This document shows positions 1 to 12,596 of a DNA stretch of 64,000 nucleotides, piece after piece; positions within the stretch are counted from its first letter, which is position 1, and each line of letters begins with the position of its first letter. The DNA comes from Podarcis melisellensis (Eukaryota). Location of the stretch: assembly GCA_964234715.1 (NCBI GenBank), contig OZ174278.1; one strand, written 5' to 3'. The position numbers were made by a program, and so were the translations under genes. The notes beneath the pieces are model-generated. The model had not been told where the DNA came from. It worked only from the letters and a program-made list of their open reading frames with translations, and ran no database searches.

Positions 1-160
1 GTGGAGGATGAGAAAGAAATAAAATGGGGAAAATATTTTGTTTAAAAAGAGAGAAGAGGGAAATGTCTACCGTATTTCAATTGCCTGTTGTCATTTGTCA
101 TTGCCTTTCCTATTGGCAACAGAAAATGTTTGGTAGCCTAAAAAATCTTTCTTTTTAAAG

Positions 161-242
161 CAGGAGACACTGCAAACTTGGTTTCTGCACCCCAAGAACG
201 GAAGCTTCACTCGAGCATGGTGTCTCCCGGAAAAAGAAAAGG
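161..242 (+). CDS. NPAT: NPAT coding exon (GDTANLVSAPQERKLHSSMVSPGKRK); acceptor 161 or 164 (AAGCAG)
   Basis: Resembles human SLMSPGRRK; donor GG|GTAACT. Confidence 0.85.
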
Positions 243-3200
243 GTAACTGCTAATTTTTGGCTAATGTGCTTTATAATTTATGAATCTTGTTTATGTTTTG
301 AAGGGCACCTAATCCTCTATTTACAACAGTGTATTCACCCTGCTCCTTTTTACTATTCCCTTCTGTATGAATTCATTTGAAGTCACTTCCCTCATTTCTG
401 CCCTCAACCACAGGGCTACATAGTTGTGCTCACGTACCTGGGAGTAAGCCCCATTGAACTCAATGGAATGAATAGATAAGATTTACAACATGAGTTGCAG
501 TAAATTTCCTAAATTTATGCCTTTCTCATTTCTTTAAACTTCTGAAATACTTCAGTGACTTCCAGAAGAAAAAAAGCATTGTATCATCGGGATCACAATT
601 ATCCAATTGTGATTTACGGGACACTGCAATGGTGGAAGAAGAAAGCTCACCCATGGAAGAAGGAAGTGAACAGCTAGAACTTATAGAGGGTGACCTTCCA
701 GTAAGCCTTTAAAAAAAAACTGCAGAACAGCATTTACTTTCGTTTTTCTACTCGCCTTTTCTTTCTCCTTCCCCACACCCTTGCAGTTTGTTATTGCAAT
801 TCCAGCTTCATTTATTGCTATGAAAAATTCAGGTAATAAGGCATTTTTAAAGACTTTCCAGAGTGTGTCCCTTTTTGGTATAGCTTATAATGGTGTTTCT
901 GGGCCAACTTTTAAATTTAATCCAGAAAGGTTTAGATGTATGACATGTAGTCTCTATGTCTGTACACACATATGAATGTATAAGGGCCAGCCCAAGAGAT
1001 TTTGGCACCTGAGGCAGACACCAAAATTGTACCTCCCTCCTCACCAGAGAAGAAGAGATCAGGGAAGAATTATATCAGGAACAAGGGGTGGAAGAAAGAT
1101 TGACATCGGGATCTGCTGTTCCAGTGGACCCTGCTGCCTGAGGCGGTCACCTTACCTTGCCTCATGGGTAGGCTGGCCCTGAATACATATAATAAATGTG
1201 CATAAAGTATATAATAGTATATAAAGTATAAATAGGACTTAAATCTTGCTTCTCTTAAGATTGGTTTGGAGACGTGAGAGCAATTTAGAATTGGTATACT
1301 AAAAGAATCATAAAGACCCCGAGCATTATCTAGTCCAACTCCCTGCAATGCAGGAATTTTAACTAAAGTATCCATGACAGATAGCCATCCCACCTCTGTT
1401 TAAAAACATTCAGTGAAGGAGGCACCTCTGGATAAGGGGGTGGGGTGTTACTTAATAGTGCTGGTAGAATCAGTTTTTCTTCTTTAGTAATTTTGGACTG
1501 CTTCAAATTTGTTTTCTAGCAAATGATTATTGAAAATGCCAGAGAGAAAATTCTGAGCAACAAATGTCTTCAGGAGAAGCTAGCTGAAAACATTAACAAA
1601 TTCTTGGGCAGGTAAAAGAACCTTCTTGACACCTCCTGTTCCAAATCTGTAAATTATTTTGGAAGCCTGCTAATTATTTGTAACTGTCTGTTCCAGTGAT
1701 GGCAATATTTCTCAGACAGCAAAACAGGCAGACAGTGGCCCAACAATACAAGAGTCCTCAATTGATGAATTCCTTGGTCTTCAGGTAAGTTTCCAAGAAC
1801 TAGTGCACACTCATATATAAAATGTATTTGATGCCTGACATGCATTTGTAAGTGAAAAAGCACACCAAATAGTTAAAGAATCAGCCCACATTTCTTCCTT
1901 TAAAGCAGACTGCATTACTTGTCACTCACTTAGCCAAGCTGCAGACCACCAGCTGTGTATGACAGCCATCAGTGCTTGATAAACCACTTTCTTTTGCTGT
2001 CTTCATGGGACTGCAAAGGCCAAAGCAGGCCACAGTATGTTGCTGATGCTCCGCATTTCACCTTGGTGGCTTGCAAGTTGTGCAGACCTTACAAGTAACT
2101 GAGGCACAGTTAACTGGAAATATTATTACCCTGAACCTTATTGAAATTAATGAGAGCTGTACAATAGCACAGTTACCATCCTTTGTGACTATCAATCAGT
2201 AGGACTTCTCCTAAAGAAGTTCTTGGTTGTGCTTAAAATCATGGTTTTGGTTGCTATGTCTACACCAGGCATCCCCAACCTTTGGCCCTCCAGATGTTGT
2301 GGACTACAATTCCCATCATCCCTGACCATTGGTCCTGTTGGCTAGGGATCATGGGAGTTGTAGGCCAAAACATCTGGAGGGCCAAAGGTTGGGGATGCCT
2401 GGTCTACATGATCTGTTAAGTGAATTTTATTTACAAACTGAGTGGTACCCAACTACATTCTACTCAAGAGTAGACTGTTTGAAATTAATGCCTATAAATT
2501 AGTAATACACATTAATTTCAGCTGTCCTACTCAGTATGACTAATGTCAGATACAGAAACTGAGGTTGATGTAGTTTTGTAATGAAACTTATTTCAAATAT
2601 TTTTATACAACGTTTCCAACTACTGAGCCACTGTATTTTGTACTGACTGAAGTTTCAGAACCATCTTAAAGGGAAATAACACAAAGGACAGTTAAGCAGT
2701 CTAGCATACGAATCTTGTGCACTAATAGCAAGCTTGATTGTCTGAATATGGATATGTTTGTAGCCAAAACACTACCATCTGCACACATATGGGGCAATAT
2801 CTATGGGCTTAGAGAAACTCCATGGTTTCCAAAAATTGAAAAACTTGGGGAAGAAGAGCCCAGTGAGGACTGAGCATTCTTTGAGGGCACAGAGAGCTTG
2901 CTGGCTATCAGTTGAGGCAGAGTGAATGGGGAAACTATATTTAAGAGTGGGGCAGATGGGAATGGAGTACCCAGGGAAAGAGTATGGCTGGCTGGGTAGA
3001 ACCCTGAATTGGGAGTATTCTGCACTACTGATTTGTTGCTGATCCCAATTTATGTGTATATATTTCCCTTGACACCTTTTGGAACTATAGTAGAAACAAG
3101 TTCAGTCAAGATGGTTGGTGTCACTTCAGCTTCTACCATTGAGGTCTGGTTTATTTTATAAATTCCTTCTGATTTTTCAAGAAGGTTTTCTTCCTATGTT

Positions 3201-6200
3201 ACCTTTCAACATACATTTTACATCTAGAGAGAACAGTTTACATCTTCCAACTTATTTGTGGATTATTTTTATATCACCTACATAGCAGGGTGAGATTCAC
3301 ATGACCGAAGAAGCCATCCAGGAGATTCTGGAGCAAACAGAGTCAGATCCAGCATTTCAAGGACTCTTCGATATATTTGATTTTGGTGCGGGTTAGTTAT
3401 CACTTTGAATACTTTGCAATGAAAGGGTAAGGGGTGGTCTGGTTTAATTTCAGTGGGTCTATTCTGAGTAGAGCGAGCATTGGCTACAGTCCTATGTTCT
3501 GGCCAATTTCATATGTTGAGAAGTCAGTTATCACCACTTAAGAGTTTTGTAGGAACTTGGCATATTATGCCTCATATTGTTGTAAAGTATTTATGGGTCT
3601 AGCACTTCAGCATTTATGTAGCTGTCTGTAACTGATGCACACCAAGTGCCACACATGCTCACAGAGGACTCCCTAAATGTGTGGTCTACAGTTCATATCT
3701 AGTTTGTTAAATGTCAAGTAGTACAAATATTTGGAATCAATATTTATAACTTTTGCTCTTCCACGATTGCCCAAAATACTTTTATGGATGATTGATTTAG
3801 TGGAAACAGAAAAACAGACCTGATTAAGGAATATATGTTAGTTATAATTTGTGCATTGAATCAAATATTAGTACTCTTCCAGTTTATTTTTCCATTTCTT
3901 TTAAAACAGGTAAAGCTAAGGGTGGAAGAAATGCTTCTCACAGTATTTCCACTCAGAATGGGGGACTAGAGAATGCAATCTTAGTGGACGAAGAAAGCCT
4001 AGGAGCACTTGAAAGTTTTATTGCAACAAAGGAAATCAGTAAGCACTTCTTCAAAGCTTTCCAGTTATCTTCAATACTTGTAGAATGTCCTTTTGTTCCA
4101 GGGCCTAGAATGTTAATTGTTAACCCTGCACAAATGATAAAACATTATTAAAGACTGGGAGATTTGAGATGTGCAATTGTGGACATGTTAAAATTACTGT
4201 TACTGCAGTCCTGTGTACACAAAGTAGGAAGTGAATCCTATTGAAATGGATGGGACTAACTTCTAGATAAACATCCAAAGGGCTGGGCTGCAAGTTGCTT
4301 AATTGACATTTGAGTTTCTTTGAGACTTCAGTCTTCTTTTGAAAAGGTGAGCCTTGTTGTTCTTTATATAGCCTAATGATAACAGCTGCTTTGACTTCTA
4401 ACCAAGGTAACTTTGTCCCCTTCTCTCCTTTCCGTAAATCAGCTTAGAATGACAGCTAATGCCAACTGTTGGCTTTGGAGCTCAAATGCCATTCTGATTA
4501 CATTCTGATTACAAGTCAGTAGCACAAAACTAGATTTAAGAGCATGTGCTAAAGTAACTCCCCAACACTAGCCTTAATTAGTTTCTATATGCTGCAAACC
4601 ATTACCAGCAATGTGGAGATTATTCAGACCACAGGTCCTACATTGTGATGTGCAGAGTCCAGTCCACTCTTTAGTTTAGAAAGTATGCTAGTTCCACTAT
4701 AGCCATCTCTCTTTCAGCCCAATAAGTCTTTCTCCAGCACCCCATGGGTCGTGGATGGAGTCCCGTCATGCTCTTTGTGAGATACGTAAGTGGTAAAGCA
4801 ATGCTACAGCCTGAATGAGTGAAAATAGAGGTGGAGGAGTTCTAACCTGTTTCTAGAATTTACCTTTCTTGGAGGCGAAAGACCAGGGTGGGCTTAATGA
4901 ACTTATTTCATATGGCACTTGTGTGTGTTACGTCCCATATATTTTTGTAGCACCATGGATTTCAGTGAAGCTGACGACCTTCATAGTACTATGATAATGT
5001 AAATGGATTACAAATTGTTTCCCTGTCTTTAAACTAGACTCATATATTATATTAGACAAAATCAGCTTCATAGCTGTTATCATAGAAGCATAGAGTTGGA
5101 AGGGAGCCTTAGGGTCATCTAGTCCAACCCCCTGCAATGCAGGAATCCCAACTAGATCATACATGACTGATGACCATCCAACCTCTGCTTAAAAATCTCC
5201 GAGGAAGTGGAGTCCACCACCTCTTGAGGGAGTCTCTTCCATGGTTAAACATCTCTTACTGTCAGAAAGTTCTTTAGTTGAAATCTCCTTTCTTATAACT
5301 TGAATCCATTAAATACAGCTTTGTAAATTCGGAGTGCAAGATATCCCCAAACAATAATAGCCACCCCAAACAATAACTACCATTACTACTGCACTGAGAA
5401 ATTAGATGAGAAACTTTAAAACCAGATGGTTCTATTACTCCTTGAACTTATGCTTATTATATTTTAAACGACTTCCAATCACTTAAGACACAACAATCAA
5501 ATATTTTCTAATAAAATACTCATCTGTACATAGAAGGGTGGCTAAAGGGGAGAGTTTCAGATGTGGATAATGGTCCTCCCTGGATAAAGGGAGGGCAAAA
5601 CAATGACATGGTTCTTAAGAGGCCAGTGCAATTTTTTTAGTATCTCCATGTGTTTTACACAAAAGTGGTGTAATCTATTTTTGTAACATTATTCTGGCAT
5701 GGGGTGTCCTACAACACTAGATTGTAGTGAAACTATGTTGATCTGTTGCAGGTGATAATTCCCAAGTAACTCTGTCATACACAGAAGAGCATTCAAAAGA
5801 AGCACATGTTCCAAAGACTGGTTGCAGTGGTAGTGAAGTCACCTTGGAAGAACACCTGGAGATGCAAAATGTAGGAGTTGAAAAATTTCCCAGGGACTCT
5901 AAAGTGAGGAGTGAAAGTGACCCTGTAGAAATGGGAATGGCTAGCCAAAGAACCAAGCACAATACAGTCTTTGAATCTGAGCAGAATCATGTCTCTGACC
6001 CAGAGTTCAGTGGACACAGTGTAGGCTCTTGCAGCAAACAAGGAACAGCAGAGAGAGACGGTAGAACTGATAAAGACCTCTTATGTCAAGATCTTCAAAA
6101 CTTGCCTCATTTGCAGTATGATCAGTTGGGTGTGATGCATATCTCACTGTCTGGAGGAGCAGAGAGTTGTTCATTGTCTAATAATATACTAGCGGAAAGG

Positions 6201-9200
6201 ACAAATGCAAAATTGCTATCCCCTCTGAGAGCTGCCCGAAATGAAATGCTGAAAGGAACTATTGCAGCCAACTCTAGCCATTCAGCAGAAACAAATAAAA
6301 ATCTAGAGCACATAATGGGACAGCCAGCTGAACTTCCTGTACCTGGCCAGCAAAACCCAGATAGTCATGCTGCCTCTGATTGTCAAAACCAGGATAAAAT
6401 TGAGTCTGATTCTGCTGCAGCATTTGTAGCGAATGCATCTGATCCAAATGCTGTAGAGCTCCAGCTTGAAGTTGTGGATACTTCCAACAGCCTCCGTTCA
6501 GATGATCAGCCTGTGCACCAAGAACTTTGTTCAAAACCTCAAAACCAGAAATTGGAAGGCTCTGAAACCTCACAGATAGAAATGCAAGAGCCATCATCTT
6601 CCACAAAATCAGATGCAGATAGCTTATTTCGGTCTTCTGATAATGAGGGGCGTTCAGAGAGATCAACTGATAGCAACCCCACCACATCTGCTGCGTGTTG
6701 CTCTCCTCCTCCAGAACCAGTGGGAGAATCAAGTCCAGGGAACAAAGAATCAGGCAGTGTTTCCTCTAGTAGTCAAGCCACAGATGTAGATCCCTCCAGC
6801 GTAGTTTCCTTAAAAATCATTATCAGCGATGAGACATTCATTTCAGCAGATGCCGAGCTGAACAATGCAGTTTCCAGCATCGCTGGAGAAAACTTGCCGA
6901 CTATAATCCTGTCCTCGCCAGCTAAATCAGCAGCCAAGCTAACGGAACCAGCCAGATGCATAACTTCGGAAGAGGTTGAAAGAACTGGAGATTCAGCTTT
7001 GGTAGAACAGAATCTTCTTGTGCTCAGACCTCAAGACTCTGTCGCGAGTACACTCAACATATCAAATGAGGAGTGTGCTGTTTTTTCCATTGCTGGGACG
7101 TCCAGCGTTGCCAAGGATGGGGGATTTATACAGCTGATGCCAGCCACAAACACATCTTTCAGCAACTCCAATGGTGTCTATATTGCCACCTGTATGACTG
7201 AGCCAGCTTTAAATACAAACGTTACTCCCTCAAACTTGGTTATGTTGCCTGGCAGTTCAACATCTCTTGCATCGCAGGTTCCAACACCACAGCAGTTACG
7301 GACTCCTCCTAGAACAAGCAACTTGTTTGCCATGAACCCACCAATGTCGCCAAACTTTTCACAGGGTAACTATTGGTTTAAAACCGTAACTGAAGCTTAT
7401 ACTGGTTTTGGTCATAAGTCTGTTGCTTTACTATTTAAATGAGTTAGAACTTACATATTACATTGCTCTTCACTTGTAGGTAACTTATAAAATGTGTTTA
7501 TGGTAACCAGATGCAAAAATCATGCAGCTGATTTCAAAATAATCCAGTTTCCCATAACAGAAGCAGAAGAGTTTCATTGTATGGTTTACTTTCAAATGGT
7601 TCCTGTGGCCAGTAATATCTAAACCTTGATTCCATGGATTTAATACCCATTTAGCACTATGGAATTTGTGCTTAACTTGTGACAAGTCAAAAATCAGTGG
7701 GTGGCAAGTGAATTGACATATTTGCTTCTTTAGAATTAAGTACCAAGGATCTTGAGTGGTATGCGCATGCATTCAAATACGAAGAAAAGTTGATTTAAGA
7801 AAGCTACCCCTTTGGGTTAGAGGCTGAGATTTCTTTGTTTCTGGATCTCACTATTTGTTTCTGGAGCTCACATAACTAGTCTGGAGTGAAAGCTGTATTC
7901 TGGCTTGAAGTTTGTTCTAAAAATGGAATGAGAACTAAGAGCAGTATACTAAGAGTTGCCTCACCCTTAGGATACCTACTGGGTTGCATGATCAGTGATC
8001 ATGGATGATGAGAGCTCCTGTCCACAACATCTGGAGGGCACTACATTGGTTACCTCTGCCATAAGACATTAAGTTGATGGTTGCCTTGCACATCCCCCCC
8101 GAGTTATTGTTGAAAGCTCTAGACTGGAGCACCTAACCAATATGTTGAGATGGGAGAAAGCAAAACAAAGGAGCCCTTCCTGGAATTGAAATGCATTGGA
8201 GAAGCCTGGTTTCTTAGGAACACATACACAGTCACAGGGGTTTCTTTGCTTCTTTTCTTGCCTTATTGTTCATCTGCCACACAAATAGTTGCTAAAATAG
8301 ATGTGAATGCAGGCAACGTGTCAGACATTACTTCCTCCCTATAGCTGTGTACCTAGCAAAGGCTGGGTCACTCCCATGCAGAAGAACATATTCCTATTTT
8401 AGCCCTTTGCTTTAGAGAACTTGCTGTCTGCAACCTGCTGTATATATAGGGTGGTGTTCTTCATAGCAAGATATCTCAGCTTAGTAGCAATAATGTGGTT
8501 AGAGCTATTTACTGCTCTTTCTTTAAAGAGCTTATAGCTGCTTATATAGGGTTCCCAGGGAGTCTGCCTTCCAGGTAGCTTACAGGGTCATACACACTTA
8601 GGCTTACTGGTAGAACAGTGCCATTTGCCTTTGGATCATTCTCTGAAATTGGATCATTGGCACAGAGAGTGAGAGAGACTCTCTGAGTAAGTACTAACAG
8701 CTTGCTCACATGAGTCCTTTGATTTTCAGGTTCTGCCATCATAATCGCATCTCCAGTACAACCTGTGTTGCAAGGAATGGTGGGAATGATTCCTGTATCT
8801 TTAATGGGGCAAAATGGACATACATTCTCAGATCCTTCCCGTCAGGTAAAACGCTGCTGCTAAATTTCCATACTGTCATTCTTGAGTTGGAAAATCTTGT
8901 GAGAAACCTTCATTGTGCTGCTTTCACTTTCTCCAAGGTTCTGCACATGCCAGTACAGACTTCTTTGGGTGGTGGTGTTCCTAAACTACCTCTCCCTCCC
9001 AAATCTCAGAGGATCCCAAGAAACAAGACAAATACAGGTGAGCTAGTGATGTGGCTGAAGGAAGGGAAGTCTGTTTCTAGCATGGGAAGAATTCATAGGT
9101 TGCCAGCTCAAATCTGATTCCTTCCTCAGCAGCCCAAGATACTCAGTTCTGCAGGTAGAAACTATTGTAGCAGACTGTATATAATGTTTGACTTGTCTTT

Positions 9201-12005
9201 TTCTTCCATATGAAACCTAGAGTATGCTTCTTTAGATGCTGTTAATTTTTTAAAAAAATCCAGACTTGTTTCTTTTAATTAACATTTTGATTTTTAAACA
9301 AATGTTTTAGGAAAGTTGGTACCCAGTGGATCTGAGCCTATAAATCGTCCCGCTTCTCATGCACAAAGGTCAGTTAAGTTGCATTCCATAAAATGTGTTT
9401 TTTTCCCCTCAGTTCTCAGCATTTCTGGGAAGGCACTTGCATGGTAAAATATATGAGCAGTCCATAGTTATTTCTGCCATTTGGAGTGATAATGTTTAGG
9501 CATTGCAATCATGGGAGCTGCTAGCAAACATAATAGTGATCACTAACTTCACACATTATATTTTTTCACTTGAGTGGTTTGGACTGTTTTCTACATTGTT
9601 CCTTAGTAGCCTTTGAAATTTTGGCTTATAGCAACTGATAGGGAGTTTAAACTTTCTTGTAGCTGTTACTTTCCATTTGTTCAAAGAATTTCGTTTTTAA
9701 AATAGTGGCAAATGTGTATTTTAACATGAATGTTTAAATGAGGGTTCAGAAACTTTATTGGGTAGTTAAATTAAAGTGGGTATCTCTTCTCCCTGTTAGT
9801 TGCCTTCAAGGCCTTGTTCTTTAGAAGAAAAACTTTTCTAGGATTTGGACAAGGAAGCACCTCTAGCAATAGCTTTTAAAAATACACCAAAATAATTGAA
9901 AATAGAAATTTCATAACAGGATTGTCAGATAATCCCTGCCCTTTTCCCCCATTCAGAAATGCAAACTCAGACAAGAATGTTTGTGCAGAATTGAAAAAGA
10001 AGCTGGAGACAGTTGCTCTTGACACCCTAAGTTCCGCTTCCAAACAGAATGAAAGCCATAGGAGAGTGCTTTGCTTTGACAACACTCTGGCTGCTCCAGT
10101 AGGAAGTATTCCAGCATCACAGAAAGAAAGGAGTGAAAACGCTTTATGCTCTGGGAATTCTCCCAGCGCTGTGCTTTCAACTGCTAAAACTCAGTCCTGC
10201 AAGAGGGAACGAGAGAGAACTTTGCCTAGGATTTTATGTAAGCCTGATATTACTAGCAGAAACTTGACTGCAAAGGACACCCAATCTGAGAAGAGACATT
10301 CAGGTCCAGGATTGGCATCGGATGTGTTAAGAAAACAGACTGCAAATAAAGAGAACGAATTGGAAAGGACTGTTGACAAACCCCCCAAAAACCAGGAGGT
10401 GGCGACTCTCTCAAACGGCCAACAGAACGTTAGCCTTCATAATGAGAAGAACACCTCCTCTGCTCAGGAACTGACTAAAAAGCAGGGGCTGCAGCCAAAT
10501 GCAAATTGCAAAATTTCAGCAGCTTTACCTTCAAAGGAGCCAAAAAAAGACCAAAACAGGTCTGCCAACCAAGCCCATTGTTTGACCAGTCCATTAACTA
10601 AACAAGCTGTGGAAATGCTGCATGACATTCAGAGGCAAAGCCCCGCTAGTAAACTTCCTGAAAATGTGGATTTGCCAGTACCACGCACACCTTCAGGAAC
10701 TGGCGATAGACACTCTGAGGATACCTTTGATATAATAAGGACGCCCACGTGTAGACGGTATAGTGAAGACAGTACAACACCACGGATCATGGTCCCTCCA
10801 GCTACTCCTGACTTGCCAGCCTGTAGCCCAGCTAGTGAAACAGGCAGTGAAAACAGTGTTAGTATGGCTGCCCACACTTTAATGATACTTTCACGAGCAG
10901 CCATTGCAAGGACTAGTACCACTACACCTCTTAAAGACAATACGCAACAGTTTAGGTCTTTGAGAAGTGCAAAAAAAAGGAAACCAGAAGATATGGTTGA
11001 ATGTGAGAGGAATGCCCGGACTGCCAGTAAAAAAGATATGCAGAACTTTACAGTGCCAATAAAAAAGAAGAAAGTGAAGGTAAGTAAACTAGTCCTTTCA
11101 AACATAATTGCATGGTACTGTTTCTGTTCCAGCACAGCACCTACAGGCAGAAGAAGAGTTAACAGCTTTTAATCCCATTGTCTAGCTAAATGGCCCAGAA
11201 TGGGAAGCATCATAATGTATCCTGCAATATGCCTTTTCTCAAGCTCACATTGGCATTCCTAAACTAATGGAAATGGTTCCTTCATTTTTTACTTGTCACA
11301 ACTTTTCAGAAGAAATCTTTGGCTGAGGAGACATCTCCCCGTCTTTAGAGCTTGTCTTAATGAATCTTTAGAATCACAGTTGCTTGCTTAACCAATGTTT
11401 GCAAGCTAGCCTGTATTGGTCTGCTGTAGTTGTAAGAGACTGCAGGTATTGCAACCTTTATGATTATTTTTTTAATAGCTATGAAGTTTTGGTACACTTA
11501 CCAGTTGACCATTTAAGCCTATGTCCACTGTTGGACTACATATACTTATATATAGACTTGAGAAGTAAACAAAATTACATTAGGGAAGAATCTCAATAGG
11601 TGTTGATGCAGAACATTTAAATGTCATGGGTCAGGGATGGTTTGTTCCAAAGGTTGATTTTGCCTTTTGGACAGGATGAGACGTGATCCTGGTTTTTAAT
11701 TTATTTAATGCCCAAAAAGTGGTGGGTGGAAAGCAGCCCAATACTATAAGTGTAGGCCTGCATAATCCCAAAGAACTGTACAAGCTACTTTTGAAAAAGA
11801 CAGGAGATCCCACTCATTGGTTTATACAGATAAGCATGTTTTTGTGTTGAGTTCTGTGGAACTAAGCAATTTTTAAGCACCTAGATCTTGTTTGCCTAAA
11901 TGGTTGTGTGTTTTTTTCCTTTTTCAGCAGAAGAAGCTACCAATCGCATTTCCTGCTGGAATGGATGTGGATAAATTTTTGTTATCTTTGCATTATGATG
12001 AATAA
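161..12005 (+). CDS. NPAT: NPAT (histone-locus-body scaffold, cyclin E/CDK2 substrate), 3' 12 coding exons; 5' end outside window
   Basis: Spliced exons 161-242,556-700,1520-1611,1697-1784,3289-3385,3910-4038,5752-7365,8730-8845,8938-9037,9311-9368,9957-11079,11928-12005 keep one frame. Hallmark peptides QMIIENAREKILSNK, ESDPAFQGLFD, HRRVLCFD, PACSPASETGSENSVSMAAHTLMILSRAA, FPAGMDVDKFLLSLHYDE*. Confidence 0.96.
556..700 (+). CDS. NPAT: NPAT coding exon (DFQKKKS...LIEGDLP)
   Basis: TTCAG| acceptor, |GTAAGC donor, phase fits both neighbours. Confidence 0.8.
983..1181. mobile_element. Non-autonomous DNA transposon (hAT-Tip100-like MITE), decayed
   Basis: TIR AGGGCCAGCC...GGCTGGCCCT; imperfect 8-bp flanks AATGTATA/AATACATA. 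Confidence 0.65.
1296..1420 (-). mobile_element. CR1 LINE 3' fragment
   Basis: ATCTAGTCCAAC..CCCTGCAATGCAGGAAT, similar to 5080-5310. Confidence 0.65.
1520..1611 (+). CDS. NPAT: NPAT coding exon (QMIIENAREKILSNKCLQEKLAENINKFLG)
   Basis: Near-identical to vertebrate NPAT; CTAG| and |GTAAAA. Confidence 0.95.
1697..1784 (+). CDS. NPAT: NPAT coding exon (DGNISQ...SIDEFLGLQ)
   Basis: CCAG| and |GTAAGT; SIDEFLGL motif. Confidence 0.93.
2266..2401. mobile_element. hAT-Charlie (URR1-like) MITE
   Basis: About 33-bp perfect TIR CAGGCATCCCCAACCTTTGGCCCTCCAGATGTT; TSD GTCTACAC/GTCTACAT. Confidence 0.9.
3289..3385 (+). CDS. NPAT: NPAT coding exon (GEIHMTEEAIQEILEQTESDPAFQGLFDIFDF)
   Basis: Conserved LFD-motif region; TAGCAG acceptor. 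Confidence 0.95.
3910..4038 (+). CDS. NPAT: NPAT coding exon (KAKGGRNAS...ATKEI)
   Basis: ACAG| and |GTAAGC; inside ORF 3849-4151. Confidence 0.88.
5080..5310 (-). mobile_element. CR1 LINE 3' fragment
   Basis: TCATAGAAGCATAGAGTTGGAAGGGA...CATCTAGTCCAACCCC, the reverse CR1 3' tail. Confidence 0.8.
5752..7365 (+). CDS. NPAT: NPAT large central exon
   Basis: ORF 5844-7442; VSLKIIISD, GENLPTIILSSP, KDGGFIQLMPAT, SPNFSQ; GCAG| and G|GTAACT. Confidence 0.95.
8730..8845 (+). CDS. NPAT: NPAT coding exon (GSAIIIASPVQPVLQGMVGMIPVS...RQ)
   Basis: Matches human motif; canonical splice sites. Confidence 0.95.
8938..9037 (+). CDS. NPAT: NPAT coding exon (VLHMPVQ...PPKSQRIPRNKTNT)
   Basis: CCAAG| and |GTGAGC. 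Confidence 0.92.
9311..9368 (+). CDS. NPAT: NPAT small coding exon (KLVPSGSEPINRPASHAQ)
   Basis: TTTAG| and |GTCAGT; phase 1 to 2 is required to join neighbours. Confidence 0.88.
9957..11079 (+). CDS. NPAT: NPAT penultimate exon
   Basis: ORF 9922-11172; RRVLCFD cyclin-binding-type motif, TANKENE, TPLKDNTQQFR, basic NLS; AAG|GTAAGT. Confidence 0.96.
11928..12005 (+). CDS. NPAT: NPAT last coding exon (QKKLPIAFPAGMDVDKFLLSLHYDE*)
   Basis: Conserved C-terminus; CAGCAG acceptor; TAA 12003-12005. Confidence 0.96.
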   Translation, partial: QKKLPIAFPAGMDVDKFLLSLHYDE

Positions 12006-12590
12006 AAACTGAACTGTTCATTGGTCTTTTGCAACTTTGAGGTGAAATAACAAAATGGAGTGCAGTTGATGCATTCAAGTGTCACTGCATATTTAAAAAG
12101 ACACGCTGGTTCTGAAGAAAGTTGCTAGCTTATAAATAACTTGGCAGATCAACTTCTGAGGAAGCACTTAATGTACAACCAGTTAAGTTTGCACAGTTAT
12201 ACTTGTGGGGATAATGTAAATATTGTACAGCTGTTGGAGTTGTAAAACAACAAGGTACTACTTTTATTAACACTGGGGGTTGGATGTGTTTTGCAAAATG
12301 TGCACATTAACTGCTCAGACATTTTCAGTGTCATACATTGTTGAGCCAAATTACGCTTAGAAGCAGGTTCTGTTGAACTGTGGAACTTGCTTTTCAGTCA
12401 TCGTGCTTGGGGTTATAGCCCAGGACAGATAGCTGGCTCAAGTTGGAAAACATAAGGTAATGGTTAGCAAAGTCTTAAATTGGATAGCTAGCTAACTTCT
12501 AACGATAACAATTCAGCTTGTCTTACAGTGGGAATTTCCCCAACCTGGTTCCCTTGTGCCTGTCTTTTCCTCTAGTTGCAAATCTGTTAC

Positions 12591-12596
12591 AATAAA
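12591..12596 (+). terminator. Probable NPAT polyadenylation signal AATAAA
   Basis: AATAAA about 590 nt after the stop, followed by U-rich sequence. Confidence 0.6.

Noticed and set aside
10629-11135. 168-aa antisense ORF and other antisense ORFs over NPAT exons (e.g. 6274-6732)
   Set aside because: Shadow frames of long coding exons; no recognisable product
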